DNA from: Mytilus californianus | Taxonomy: Eukaryota | Direction: 5' to 3' | Length of the DNA: 64,000 bases | NCBI RefSeq assembly: GCF_021869535.1 | Contig: NW_026262723.1 | Span: forward strand, 95,232,001 to 95,296,000 | Shown here: positions 13,401-26,939 of the stretch, piece after piece | Layout: each line of letters begins with the position of its first letter | Numbering within the stretch: position 1 is the stretch's first letter | Program-made: the position numbers and the translations under genes | The notes under the pieces: generated by a model | What the model was told of the DNA's origin: nothing | The model's database searches: none | What the model saw: only the letters and a program-made list of their open reading frames with translations

Positions 13401-16400
13401 ATATTATATGCATATTAAATCCGATCCAATGACAGAACTGTGGAGTAAATTTTGATGGTTAAGTAACCTTCCGCGGAGCAACTGAATTTTGGTTAGGGTC
13501 TGTGTTGGTCAAATGCAGTTTTCTGTAAAGTATGAACAAACGAAGACGCGGGGTGTACGCCGACGAGACAACAATCTGACGCCACAAACAATCAAAAGAA
13601 TCTGGCGTTTTGTGAATTGTTTGATTTATTTATTTATTTGTGTATGCCTTACTTCTGCTTATGGTCTTTTACTACCCCCATCGTCTTTTTCTTCCTTTGT
13701 TTCAAGTAGAAAGCAACGAATAGCTTCCCAAATGAAGGTTAAAGATTTTATATGACATTTATAAAATAATTAAAGTATTCAAGACTTTCTAATTAAATCA
13801 AAGTTTGAATATGATCGGTAACGTTTTAAAGAAAACTTAGACAGAACTAAGTTATCAACTAGAATTCTATTGATGTCGTGTAAACAGTATGAAAGGAAAA
13901 CTTATTTCAAATTTTTAAAATATCCAAAATATTGTTTAGCAAAGAACGATGGCTGTATATAAAAATAAAGATTGCATCTCACTTCACCTTTTTAACAGTA
14001 ACATAGATCGTTTAAATTCGTGTAATCAATCAGTTCCATGACACAACTACAAACAAAGGTTTAAAGTGTCAATTGCTTCACCACAATTAAAAAAAAATCA
14101 ACCACAGGACTTTCCTTAGTTATATATGATTACAGGTAATCAGGTTCGTTCCAGGCAAATAGATATTTTAACAATAACAAAAGACAGTAAAACTATAAGC
14201 GACATGATATAAAAATAACATCCTATTTTTGTTGTGCTTTAAAGACGAAAAAAAATAATTAAAATTTAGGAACACCTGCGTTGGAAGGATATAAAAAATA
14301 ATACGAACGTTACACTACTGTCAAATCTAGATTGATTGTTGCTTGCTTAAAGTGCAGAGGAAAATACTTGTTCATTTCAATGCAGCTTACCTGACATATA
14401 CGTTAGGAACTTGCGATACAGATTGATGACATACTACAACATTCTAATCATACATAACCTTATGATGATGCTTTTAAAAAATATTTTGTACTGCTTTATG
14501 TGTCTGTTTGTATATTTTGGATGTTTTAGTCTACTAGTTTCAGTTACTAAAATGAATTCTACAGTATATAGCATTCCTTTGTTCTTAATAAGGCTTCATT
14601 TTTTGCTTTAAACCACATGCCTATGTTGTCGATTTTTCTATCTCCTTTTTTATACAAGAATTTCAATTTTGTAATTGAAACTTCTCTATACTACACACAG
14701 AGCAACAATACATGATATGAGGTACCTCTATTATGGAGAGGACTGTGATGTCAAATAAAAAAAATCCAAATTTATATATGATTGATTTTCAAACCTATAA
14801 TTCCCGTGGTGTTTGAGATAAATGATTTTTTTTTATCTCAGCTTTTTACAAATCTTCTTGTTAATCTATGTCTATAAATTCATAATAGCATGTTCCAATA
14901 GGATGTGAATATGTGTGATCCTCACGATCGTCTGCTTGTTCTTAAGTTAAGATAAACCTATCTCTATGGTTCCTACTTCAACTGCTGTTTACTTAGCTTT
15001 TGTAGCCTCTCATTGTTCCTCTACGGGTAAAATAACAATTACAGATAGAATTGTATATAAACTGAAATAATTAAAATGTTTTAGTATCAGAACTGTGCAG
15101 CATATATTCATAGACCGTTTAAATATGGAGAGTCGAAGGGTTCACGATTGCTTTTCTTTCTTTCTTAAGAAAGCAACTTGTTTATTATTGGTGAGTTGTG
15201 TATAGGTTGAAGTACTAAGATTAAACACGAAGCATCATGTATCTTCCGCTCAATAACAAAGAGACTAGCAGTAACAATCATTACGTAAAGCGAAATAACA
15301 TGCAACTCTGTGTTTATAAAGTAGAACTTAAAAATGCTTTATTTCATATTCCTGTCATATTCATTCAACCCTGATAGATGAAGCTTAAAGCTATATTAAC
15401 AATATAGGATATTCAATAAATACGTGTATACATTATATGTTTTAAACAAAATAACGGTTTTTTTTGTCTTGTTTTTTTTTCAGATAAAAACTGCAAAACA
15501 AGGATTATACAACTTGGGATAGTAAACAAACTAGGATATCAGCGTCATTACTATAATTAAACTTCTGTGGGTGCATCCGGTTATAGTGTAGAGATGACGT
15601 GGGCCTTTTTTTTAATTGAAAATTAAACTGTTTCGAATACTACACTCAAATACTTGTATTTATTTATTAAAATAAAATGTCTAAGAAATTTCAAGTTTTG
15701 ACCGTATTTGAGTTAACTTTTTATATTTATTATCCAACGTTCGTAATTGTTCTTAGCAATAGCAAACTTGGTTAACTCCCATTTAAAAAAAAAATGATAC
15801 TAGTTTTTGTAAAAAAAGAAAATTAATTGTATATAAAGCTAATCTTTTATCAGCACCATTATAGTTATTAAAATAAAATTCAAACTCAAAGGTCAGATCT
15901 AGAGGTTTCATATTTTTCACAACGTATGTGATATGCCAACTATACACACAGTTTCAGAATCTTGTCAAAATAGGCCTAAAGTCTAGACACATAAAGAACA
16001 TAGCCAAACACGCCTGTCCAATTTGGTTGAAGGTATTCGACCTATAATCTTTAATACAATTACAAAGTTTAGAATCTATAATTCAAATAATGAAAACACC
16101 GGATGGGTGGATGATATTTGAAGACTTTAACAAATGAAGATTCTGTCCAAGTTGTAGTATTTTAGCGCTCGTGACACGTAAGCACTTTATAAATAGTACG
16201 GTTTGACTGAAAGTTAATAATATTACATATGGTATTCCTTATTTCGTCTAGGTATACATGATTACATGTAGACACCCAAAGGTATGAAACATGTAACATG
16301 CACCATACGCTCCACTAATTAAATTAACATCATCGCTCTCATCAAAAGAATTATACTTGTGACAAGTAACTTCATTTTAAAAACTGTTGGTTCGTGAACA

Positions 16401-16533
16401 TTAATACATTTTATCAGGTTTTTTTGTTACGAACACCAGTGCTAGCCATCTTTTATAAAGCTCGATGCTAAACGTTTGGATAGCCAAGTATTCACAAATC
16501 TTATTGAATTAAACAGTTCCTTAAGCCTACTCT

Positions 16534-16768
16534 AAAAGAGAAGAGAAAGATAACAAAAGGACATTCAAACTCATAAGTCAAAAATAAACTGACAACGTCT
16601 TGGCCAAAAAAAAAAAGAAAAAGAACAAAAGACAAACAACTGTACAAAAACACAACATAGAAAACTAAAGACTGAGCAACACGAAACCAACCAAAAAATG
16701 GGGGTAATCTCAGGTGCTTCGGAGGGTAAGCAGATCCTGCTCTACATGTGACACCCATCGTTTTGCAT
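16534..16768 (-). mobile_element. Family C: 3' tail of Naiad-type PLE (5'-truncated copy)
   Basis: Reverse complement matches the tail that follows the RT stop at 40050-40345 (agcaggatctgcttaccct...ttatgagtttgaatgtcc). Confidence 0.85.
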
Positions 16769-17785
16769 GTAAATTGGATGAAATTCACTCACCAAATATT
16801 TCGTGTTGCTTACTCATCATACTCTTTGTAGTATTTTATCGATTGTTCCTCGTTTGTTCGTCTTTTCTTTTTTTTTTGCAATGGAGCTTGGTCTGTTTTC
16901 TTAATTACTTGCTGTTGAAACATTACACAATAAGGTGTCCAAAATCTCAATCAACTCTTTTATTATTCAAAATACGGACAAAAATCCCTTTGCCTAATTA
17001 TAATAAATTTATGAATATTAAAATATAAATAGACGTTTTTGTTTAAACTATTTCTAATCGATTATAAGTGTCCCGAGATACCGGAACACTGCAAAGGTAA
17101 GGATCACAAGGCAAAGATAAAATGTGTTGATTATATTACATATAAATCGTTAGTTTACGTAACTAAGTGATTGAGGCATTCTACTTTTTCAAACCACTTG
17201 TGCATGATAATAGGGATGACGGTATTCTTTGTCTTTGCTGACGTGTGTTTGTTTCACTTTAATTTGGAAACCATATATGAAGCGCATATCGGATGTATTA
17301 TCTGTCCATTCCAAATATAGTTCACACAGAATACAAATAGTGTAAAAAAAGTCCTTCTGTCAAAAGGACACTAAATCGTTGTGATTTTATTTAAAATAGG
17401 TGTAATATATAAAGTCAATGTTCTGCTGCAATTACAATTCTAATTCAAATGTCGTGTTGTATATGAATAACAGTAGATGTGTGATGTGTTTGTCAACGAC
17501 ACAGCGACCGACCAACATAACTGGACTAGAAGGACACATAAATGCTAACCTAGTATGCAAACATTTACCAAAAAACATAATGAACATATATGCCAACAAA
17601 CAAAATACACTACGTTTTTATGACAGTTATAACTTAGGCCACGCCCATTTAATTCCTTGTTCGACGGACCCGCCCGCACAAGTCAACGTCAAATCGCGAA
17701 CCTTTAAACTGTTTCGAGCATTAACATAGATTTCTTATCAAAATCAATGACGATTCTTCACAAATCTTAAAACAAAATTATCCAT

Positions 17786-18078
17786 ACCCGCTGCATTTTT
17801 ATGCTTCTGTCCTAAGTCAGGAGCCTGTTTGTTCAGTAGTTGTCGTTTGTTGGTGTGGTTCATATGTGTTTCTCGTTTTATATATAGATTAGACCGTTGG
17901 TTTTCCAGTTTGAATTGTTTTACACTAGTCATTTTTGTGCCCTTTATAGCTTGCTGTTCGGTGTGAGCTCAGGCTCCGTGTTGAAGGCCGTACTTTGACC
18001 AATAATTGTTAACTTTAAATACATTGTGACTTGGATGGAGAGTTGTATCATTGGCACTCATAACACATCTTATTTATA
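17786..18078 (+). mobile_element. Family A copy carrying only the 3' half of the twister core
   Basis: cccgctgcat-tttt-atgc-t-tctgtcctaagtcagg followed by the family-A body and terminus. Confidence 0.85.
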
Positions 18079-18104
18079 TGCAAAGTGCCAAAAAGACAAA
18101 GAAC

Positions 18105-19353
18105 AACAAGAGTGCACACGCTGAAATGTCTCGCCTTCTTTACTAATCATTGATATTATGTTGATAGTCCTAAATATAAAGCTTTATTACAACTGTCACA
18201 TAAACTTAACATTAACCAAGTAAACTAAACATTGACCAATGAACCATGAAAATGAGGTCAAGGTCAGATGAACCATGCTAGGCAGGCATGTACAGCTAAC
18301 AATTCTTCCATACTACAAATTTAGCTGACCTATTGCTTATAGTTTAAGAAAAACAGACCAAAACACAAAAACTTAACACTAAGCAATGAACCTTGAAAAT
18401 GAGGTCAAGGTCACATAAAACCTGCGTGACTGACATTTAGATCATAAAATATTTTCATACACCAAATATAGCTGAACTATTGCATATAGTATTAGAAAAA
18501 CAGACCAAAACACAAAAACTAAACTTTGACCACTGAACCATGAAAATGAGGTCAAGGTCAGATGACACCTGCCAGCTAGACATGTACACCTTACAATCAT
18601 TCCATACACCAAATATAGTAGACCTATTGCATACAATACAGGAAAAACAGACCAAAACACAAAGACTTAACCATAACCACTGAACCATGAAAATGAGGTC
18701 AAGGTCAGATGACACCTGCCAGCTAGACATGTACACCTTACAATCATTCCATACACCAAATATAGTAGACCTATTGCATACAGTATAAGAAAAACAGACC
18801 AAAACACAAAAACTTAACTATAACCACTGAACCATGAAAATGAGGTCAAGGTCAGATGACACCTGCCAGTTGGACATGTACACCTTACAGTCCTTCCATA
18901 CACCGAATATACGAGACCTATTGCTTATAGTATATGAGATATGGACTTGACCACGAAAACTTAACCTTGTTCACTGATCCATGAAATGAGGTCGAGGTCA
19001 AATGAAAACTGTATGACGGTCATCAGGACCTTGTTAGGTACGCACATACCAAATTTAGTTATCCTATTACTTATAATAAGAGAGAATTTAACATTACAAA
19101 AAATCTTAACTTTTTTTTCAAGTAGTCACTGAACCATGAAAATGAGGTCAAGGACATTGGACATGTGACTGACTGAAACTTCGTAACATGAGGCATCCAT
19201 ATACAAAGTATGAAGCATCCAGTTCTTCCACCTTCTAAAATATAAAGCTTTTAAGAAGTTAGCTAACGCCGCCGCCGCCGCCGCCGTAGCCGCCGCCGGA
19301 TCACTATCTCTATGTCGAGCTTTCTGCGACAAAAGTCGCAGGCTCGACAAAAA
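18105..19353 (-). mobile_element. HINE/pearl-like (Helentron-associated) non-autonomous element with about 7 internal 147-bp repeats
   Basis: Minus strand: TTTT, nested inverted repeat GTCGAGC-C-TGCGAC-TTTT-GTCGCA-GAAA-GCTCGAC, (GGC)n microsatellite, 'aatgaggtca' at 18251/18398/18545/18692/18839/18985/19141, short palindromic end; family assignment by architecture. Confidence 0.8.
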
Positions 19354-19500
19354 TGAGAACACCAAAACGACGGAGACACAGACAACCAACATATAACACA
19401 AAAAACTAAAAAATACACAGCACGTACCCCTAAAAACTGGGGGTGAACTCAGGTGTTCCGGAAGGATGATCAGTTCCTGCTTTTGCAAGACACACGCCAT
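19354..19500 (-). mobile_element. Family C tail fragment interrupted by the HINE
   Basis: aaactgggggtgaactcaggtgttccggaagg matches the reverse of family C; likely continuation at about 18085-18104. Confidence 0.7.
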
Positions 19501-20149
19501 TTTTCTAGTTATAAGTCATGTCCGGTGAAGGAGGAAAGACATGATGATGGGCATCTATGACAATTCAATGGAGATCATTTAAGGCAGTTGAAACAATTAT
19601 TCAATTATTCAGTTCACGATCTGATGTCCTCATGAAGTAACAGTAATACAAGAAGTCATAAACATGCTGCAATTAAAAGTGGGGATTACATGTCTTGGTG
19701 AACAGGGAAAAAAACCACTTCAGCAGTTGATAAATTAAAGAAATGTCAAAGTACAAGTGGTAAATCAAGTTTCATACCATCTTGTTTTGATCAATATTGT
19801 TAGAACCTATGATTTTATCTTTACAAAAAAAAATATAATCGATCACCTTCACTTTTCAAGCTTAGCCTAAAAAATTTGCAAATTGATTTATTTTTATTAA
19901 AATTTTCAAATCGATCGCTCGCCCCAATTTCTGGAGTGGAAAAATCCGTAGAACAAGAAATTAAATTGGTGTGGCCCTAATTACAAGGCAAATACTGTCA
20001 GAATTAATGCAAAATTAGAAGAAAAAAATTTATTTATTTACATTTAGTATGTGATAAAAAAACAATAAAAACAAACACAAAAACAAAAAACAAAACGAAT
20101 ATGCAAACAAAAATTAAGTTTAAAGTAAAACTGGCAAGTAATTTTTGTT

Positions 20150-20559
20150 TTTTTACGCCAGACTCACGTTCCGTCTACAAAAAACTCTTTAGTGGCGTTC
20201 GAATCAAAAAGGTTAAAAGGTCAAAATCAAACAAAAAGTCAGAGACAATTGCAAAACCAGAAATTCTAAAAACTTGTGCCAAATACGACTAAGGCCATCT
20301 ATGTCTGGGGGTAGAAAAGCCTAAGTGTTTAAATAAAAATAAAAATATATAAACAGAAAATTTGTAGAAAAATGACCATAACAATGATATTTCATGTCAA
20401 AACAAAGTGCTATAATCAATGTGCTGGTTATATCCACCCAAAACCCGTACACCAGCAGTGGCATCGACCCAGTGGTTGTAATGTAATAAGTGATCAAAAC
20501 ACGAGGCTTATAGTTCGTTACGCCAGACGCGCGTTTCGTCTGTAAATAAGACTCATCAA
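20150..20559 (-). mobile_element. Hammerhead retrozyme-like repeat (family E), one 365-nt monomer between two HHR motifs
   Basis: HHR motifs at 20559-20521 and 20198-20155; GUC sites predict a unit 20525-20161. Confidence 0.8.
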
Positions 20560-23218
20560 ACAATAAACGATAAACAAATATGACAATCGGACACTAACGA
20601 CAACCACAAACAAGCACATAAAGAATGTGGCCGGGTTAAACATATTTATGAGCGCCCCCCCTTTTCTCCCCTTACATGAGACAGTGGTGAAACAGCACAC
20701 ACACACCTCGTATTGGCAGATTACTTACTTGCATTTATAATTATGTATAATTATCATATCAATGTTTGTTATGAATACTAATTCGGACTAGACTTCCCTT
20801 TGGGCCCTCTTTCATGTATATCTATGCTTATTCTCTGCAATGCTTCATGTTTATAATGCTGATTTTTTGTTTAAATTTTACACCATGCAATGCTTTACTT
20901 GTAGTTTCGAATGACTTAATCCTGTTTATCTACTATGATAGTTTATCTAAACATAAACTGTCTGAATATCCTCATTCAGTCGAACAACTTGTCACGTAAT
21001 TAATCAAACGTTAGTAAATTTTGCCTGAAAACTTAACACAACATGGTGTCAAATTTTCACTTAGAGCTTGATGAATTATCTTTTCAATTTTATCATCTAT
21101 ATGCTGACGCGGTGGCATTGAGCATAGAAAATGAACCATATTAAAACTAAATTTGTAAATTTAATTGAATATAAATCAATAAACATGCGCGTGAAACACA
21201 TTTATTGTCTCTAATCAAAACACTACAATGTTACCGTCCAATTCCTTTATATTGAAATCTCTTTAGTATGTACCTATACATTGTAGGTGTCTATATTGTG
21301 ACTATTTCAACATTGTACTAAAACGTAGGTGTTTTTAGGGATATTATGTATGCTATTCACGTAACCACTGCCTTTACCTTCATTCACATAAAAAGTAATT
21401 AGAAAATATAACAGAAATATGCGGTAAACAGAAAACTTAGACTGATTGCTTAGTTTTTCACATTGCATTATTCTACTATACATTGTAGAAAACGAATATC
21501 ACAGCATCGTTTAACCTTTGAAAGGAGAAAAGATTCGACTTACCTATAACTTTGATCAGTCAATCGTTGGATCAAATTTTCTTCTCTTGAATACACATTT
21601 TAATATCCATTTTATCCAGAAAATTGTCCAGTGTTAATATTATGGTGTACACCTTCTCTCGTCATGTCACCAGTTTATCATTCTGGCGACATGTGCCCGC
21701 GGCTATTCCTTCTATACAACTGAAAAACACAAGAGGTATTACATATTCATAAAAATATGTAAATGAATGCATGATTTTAAGTAATAGTTTTTCAAATTAC
21801 AAAATAATTCCTTTAAACGATGTGTTTCTGATCACAGATGTTTAATTTGTACACCGAGGCAGAAAAAATATATTTTGAATGGAAATACTCGGGCTATGAA
21901 TTAATGACTTCTATGTATTTCCTTACGTAGGATATGAAATAGAGATACAAAAAAAAAGGTTGTCATGTGTATCACATTGCTGTGACGATTCTAAACGACT
22001 GTAATTATAATCCACAGAATATTATATAGCAGATAACCTCATAGTTTTAGCATTATACTATTCTGACTGCGTATTCGTTGCATCGAAGCTAACGCAATAT
22101 AACATTATACGCACGATACTATTACATTTATTAAGAAGGCTTGTCAATGAGATTGAAGTAATTCTATATATGTTACTGAAAACGCGGTAAACAATTAAGG
22201 AAACAATGGTGAAAAGAACATTTGGCCTATCTTACACAAGCAAAGTAAATATTGAAATAACTGGATTGATTTTTGGTTGTATAGTTCAAAGATATGTAAA
22301 CTGTACTTTGATCTTATTTAAAAAGTAAACGGAAAGACTGCTCAATAAGAGTTAGAAATGTATTTCATCAAATTGAACTAAGGTTTTAAAGTAATCAAAT
22401 TAAGTTAGAAATGTATCTAAATTAAGTACCCAAACATGGAGATAATCATTCAAATAAACAATAAATGATAATATCACTTAATCCTGTGTCATAAGTACAT
22501 TTATGACCAGTTCATTGCACTGAGACCTCATAGTCAACAGTCAAAAAGCCGATCGTTGGAAAGTTTAAAATAAAGGAAAGCTGTTAGTTCTCGTAAGGTT
22601 GGCATGCATGCAGAATAAATTGAAATTAGTTCTCATCTAACGACTTCTTCTTTTATCTTTTATACACAGAAGTCATAAATTCATAGCCCGAGTATTTCCA
22701 TGCAAAATATATTTTTTTTTGCCTCGATGTATAATTTTAACATCTGTGATCAGAAACACATCGTATAATGGATGAAAGTTTATATTGTGTCATTGGTACA
22801 TATATGAACAGTTCACAGCACTGAGACAGAAAACATAGTTCTGATTGTTACAAGGATTGGATATGCATATTGAACTGAATCATATGCCTCATTTTTACAT
22901 TTTGCCGCAGTTGTGGATAACGTTGGTGACCATTATTTTTTTTTAAAATATTTTGCATTTACATTATTTTGATGTTGTTGTTTACTTAAACAAAGTAATG
23001 CATTTAGATGAATGAAACTTTAGCTGAATGAGAGATATATTTTGAACATTTTGAGTCAAAATATACTTGTGCACGATTTAAGGATAGATGGGATACAAAC
23101 TCAGATCTCTGAACCCGTTGCATGGACTCAACAGCTTCCTCCAAATTTGGATTTCTAATTGGTGGCGTAACACCTTTAATTGAGAGAGCATTGAAACAAA
23201 ACAACCATAAAACAATGG

Positions 23219-23280
23219 ATATAAAATTGAGAATGGAAATGGGGAATGTGTCAAAGAGACAACAACCCGACCATAGAACA
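23219..23280 (-). mobile_element. Family B 3' terminus
   Basis: Reverse complement of ctatggtcgggttgttgtctctttgacacattccccatttccattctcaatttt (also at about 30450-30505 and 63240-63295). Confidence 0.9.
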
Positions 23281-25694
23281 TATGTTTTTGTTAACTGATC
23301 ATTAGCCATATTGCAACATTTGTTAGGAAAAAAAGTAACATATTGCCAATAAAAACCCCGAAACCTAGATTTGTTCTATTTTTAGCTTTCTCGAGCTGAG
23401 AAAACTGAAAAATAATATTTGAATATAAAGGGATTTTGAATTGGTGGTGTGACACCTTTTAAATAGTTCTCCATTTAACAGGCGGGTTTAGACTTCAGTT
23501 GCAGCAAGTCACATTATTGTCACTGGATCGATCGACCGAAATGAGTGATAAAAGAAAATTCGTTAGATGAGAACTAATTTCAATTCATTCTGCATGCATG
23601 CCCAAACTTACGTGAACTACACCCTTTCTTTATTTTAAACTTTCCAACGATCGGCTCGTTGACTCTGGATTGTGAGGTCAAAATACCAAAAAGAAGTGTT
23701 TTTCAATACCAATGACTTGCAAAGTATAAAATACAGAATAAGTTACTATTGATATTGTTTGTATTTATTAATCTCCGAAGGGGTTTACCTTTGTCAATAC
23801 AGGTACATTATTTTGATTCATATTTTACTAAAATCTCGGTCACATAGGCCATGATCAGTATTGATTTTATGTGAAAATTACTTTACAAATAAACATAACC
23901 TCGACTATGATTCATTTTATTTACACAGATAACATAGCAATTGTAATACAAATTATAGAGACATATATAAAAGTAATACTCAACATGCAAACTAAGGATA
24001 TTCAATATTCTTGGATCAAAATTCATATTAGGTATAATTCATACCATGGTTGACGGCCACTTATTTACATGTTCACTTGACATTGTATCCATGTAGAAAA
24101 TTGTAATGTTGTAAATTAAACCTTCTCTGTCAGTTTAAAAAAATAAATAAATAATGGTCAAAATGAAGTCATACCATTAATTAAATAAAAGAACTTGCCT
24201 AATTGTAATCTATCTATCTATCCAACACACAACTGTAGCCACTTGAAAATAGAACATGACACTTTACAAAATGTATCAAGTGTTGATTGAAATTGGTCGT
24301 TTAACATCCGTTTAGTGGCAACAACATATTTTGACTTTATGAATACTAAGTATAATTTAAAGACGCAAACCGTTATATTTGAATTAAACGAAATATTTTC
24401 CTTTTTTATACCTAACTATATTTTGGATCGCATTATGTTAATTTTGGTTTGAACTGATATTATACGGTGTTCTACATGAAATAAAGCTTACCTTGGTATA
24501 CAATAACTGCATTGGTCCATATAACCAGATTATTTTCTCGTTACACTGATGTATAGATTCACAATATTTATTCCAGATCAAACAGAGAACCCTTTGTCAA
24601 TACAATCTAAATCAACTGTATTATAGGCCTCTTAAAGAATTTGTGTAAGGCCATCACAATGTAAATATTTGTTTAGCAAAAACTGTTGACATAAGTGTAC
24701 TCAATTACAAGTTATATCACTTGAATAAAAGATTTTTTTTTCATGGAACTCGCGAAGATTTTATATTCACAAACGAACTTTTCCGACATTCTTTCCGATT
24801 GAAATTACTTAAAATTACAGTGAGTGATTAATCTATTCTCAAAATACTCCTAACAAGTAATAACACTCTAACATTTAAACAATTATAAATTTGTAGGACC
24901 TTATTTGCTATTTGGATAACAATCAAAGGTCTTTGCAATTCATCTGCATATCAATATAATATATCTCGACAAAGGTGTTAAAATAAAATACAAGAGTAAT
25001 ACACAGGGATATTCATACAAAAGGGTGAGATGAACAAAAATGTCAAGTCTAGCATTTATAGAAACGAAAAATTTAATTGATTGTTGCTGCATGCCCAACC
25101 TTCAGTGGCAAATATTTCATATAGGGTTAACAAGCGTGAAATTTGGATTATCATGGAAAATTAAATTAACTACAAAAAGTTACTTTCCCCGAAAAAGAAT
25201 AAAGCCCGTGCGATGCGATGCGATGCGTTTGTTGTTTTCCGTTTTGTTTAAATAATCTTGCCATTTTTGTGCGATCATTAATAACAGTCATGCATTTTGT
25301 CATAAATATTTATATTGAGTTTTTAAAAAATTTTTGCAATAGCGAAGTTTATTTCTTATGGTACGCAACATACCGCCCTTCCGGTAAATGGTCACGTATT
25401 GGCCACTGGACGTTAAACAACCAATAATCAATCAATCAATCAATGTTCACGTCTAATTGTACGCAACAATCGTTTTGAGGTGATGTACTTTTGTCTTTTG
25501 TAGACGAAAAGCGCGTCTGGCATACAAAATGATAAGCCTGTTTTTTTTATGAGTTTATTCCAAAAATCAAAAGCCTACGATAAAAGATGAAAATAATTGA
25601 TTAATTGTTATTTGCTTAATAACTTCCAATAGCAAATGTGTCATGTCTTTTTAAGACGAGAAAAACATGCCAAACTCATTTCAAGAAGTATATT

Positions 25695-25895
25695 AACATG
25701 TTGATACCCTTCCAGAGCACCTGAGATCACCCCGAGTTTTTGGTGGGGTTCGTGTTGCTCAGTCTTTAGTTTTCTATGTTGTTTTGTGTACTGTTGTTTG
25801 TCTGTTTGTCTTTTTCTTATTTAGCCATAGCGTTGTCAGTTTATTTTCAACTTACGAGTTTGAATGTCCCTTTGGTATCCTTCACTTCTATTTTA
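25695..25895 (+). mobile_element. Family C tail copy
   Basis: acccttccagagcacctgagatcacccc...ttacgagtttgaatgtccctttggtatc. Confidence 0.88.
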
Positions 25896-26129
25896 CACAT
25901 GTCTGGTTGGATTTTCTGGGAAGCAAGTGCGATTTATTATCCCGTAAAGTGCCAACCCAGAAGGAAGTGAAAAATGTCACTCTACTCATTAGATAACATC
26001 AAATTTCTGATCAGAAAATGTCCTTTCTAATCATTTATTTGAGGTCAAGTCTACTATTCTCGTCACATCAGCTCAACACACCAGGTCTGTTTGTTCAATA
26101 ATGTCAATTTTTAAAATCAAAGCATCAAA

Positions 26130-26397
26130 AGAGAGAGGGGAGATACCAAAGGGATATTCATTCATGAGTCGAAACTGACAACTCCATGGATAAAAAACCC
26201 GATCAAAATACAAACAGCAGTATACAAAACACAACATAAAAAAACTGGGGGTGATCTCAAATGCTCTGGGAGGGTAAGCAGATCCTGCTCCACGAGTGGC
26301 ACTCGTCGTGTTGATCGTGCAAGTACAAACTCTGTGATAAATCTAATTTGGCGATGTCACATTCGTGGAAAGAAGGACGGGATTGTGGTTACGACAT
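26130..26397 (-). mobile_element. Family C tail copy (longer)
   Basis: Extends to gtcacattcgtggaaagaaggacgggattg, the reverse of the sequence just after the RT stop at 40050. Confidence 0.85.
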
Positions 26398-26895
26398 TTG
26401 GTCTATCTTCATCAACAATTGTATGGCGAACTAATATTTTATACTATTTATAAAATGTTCCTCACATCAAGATCTAGTTACCCCGTAATTGATCCTCATA
26501 AAAGTCTTGATTGCAACAATCATGTAATTCGGAAAATGACATTTTTGAGCTATCTATTGAATCTATTGCTCCAACAATACATTGTAACCAAGTGTGGTTT
26601 GAATTTAACCCGTGGTCTTCGATGATATTATTGTTTTCTATTCTTATGCATTTAATAGTGTATTATTTTTTTTATAGTATATTTTGTTCCTATTCATATT
26701 ATTATTACCCAAGTGACTGCATTTTCAAACCAGTGCTCCTTAAATGACGTTTTGTTATGACTGACAATAACTAATTTGTTGATTTTTTACGATTAAAAAG
26801 GTCGATTTTACTTAATTTTGGAATGATTGTTTTGCTTTTATGCCTATGAATCTAATTTCGCACTTTAATTGGCCTTTTTTTAAGTTTTGATTCGA

Positions 26896-26939
26896 GTGTT
26901 ACTGATGAGTCTTTTGTAGACGAAACGCGCGTCTAGCGT
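26896..26939 (+). ncRNA. Minimal type I hammerhead ribozyme, core intact
   Basis: GTGTTA-CTGATGA-GTCT(TTTGT)AGAC-GAAA-C(GCGC)G-TC^TAGCGT; predicted GUC cleavage after 26933. Confidence 0.88.

Noticed and set aside
18442-19500. ORFs 18442-18660, 18455-18802 and 19126-19500 (poly-Ala)
   Set aside because: They read through the HINE 147-bp units and the (GCC)n microsatellite
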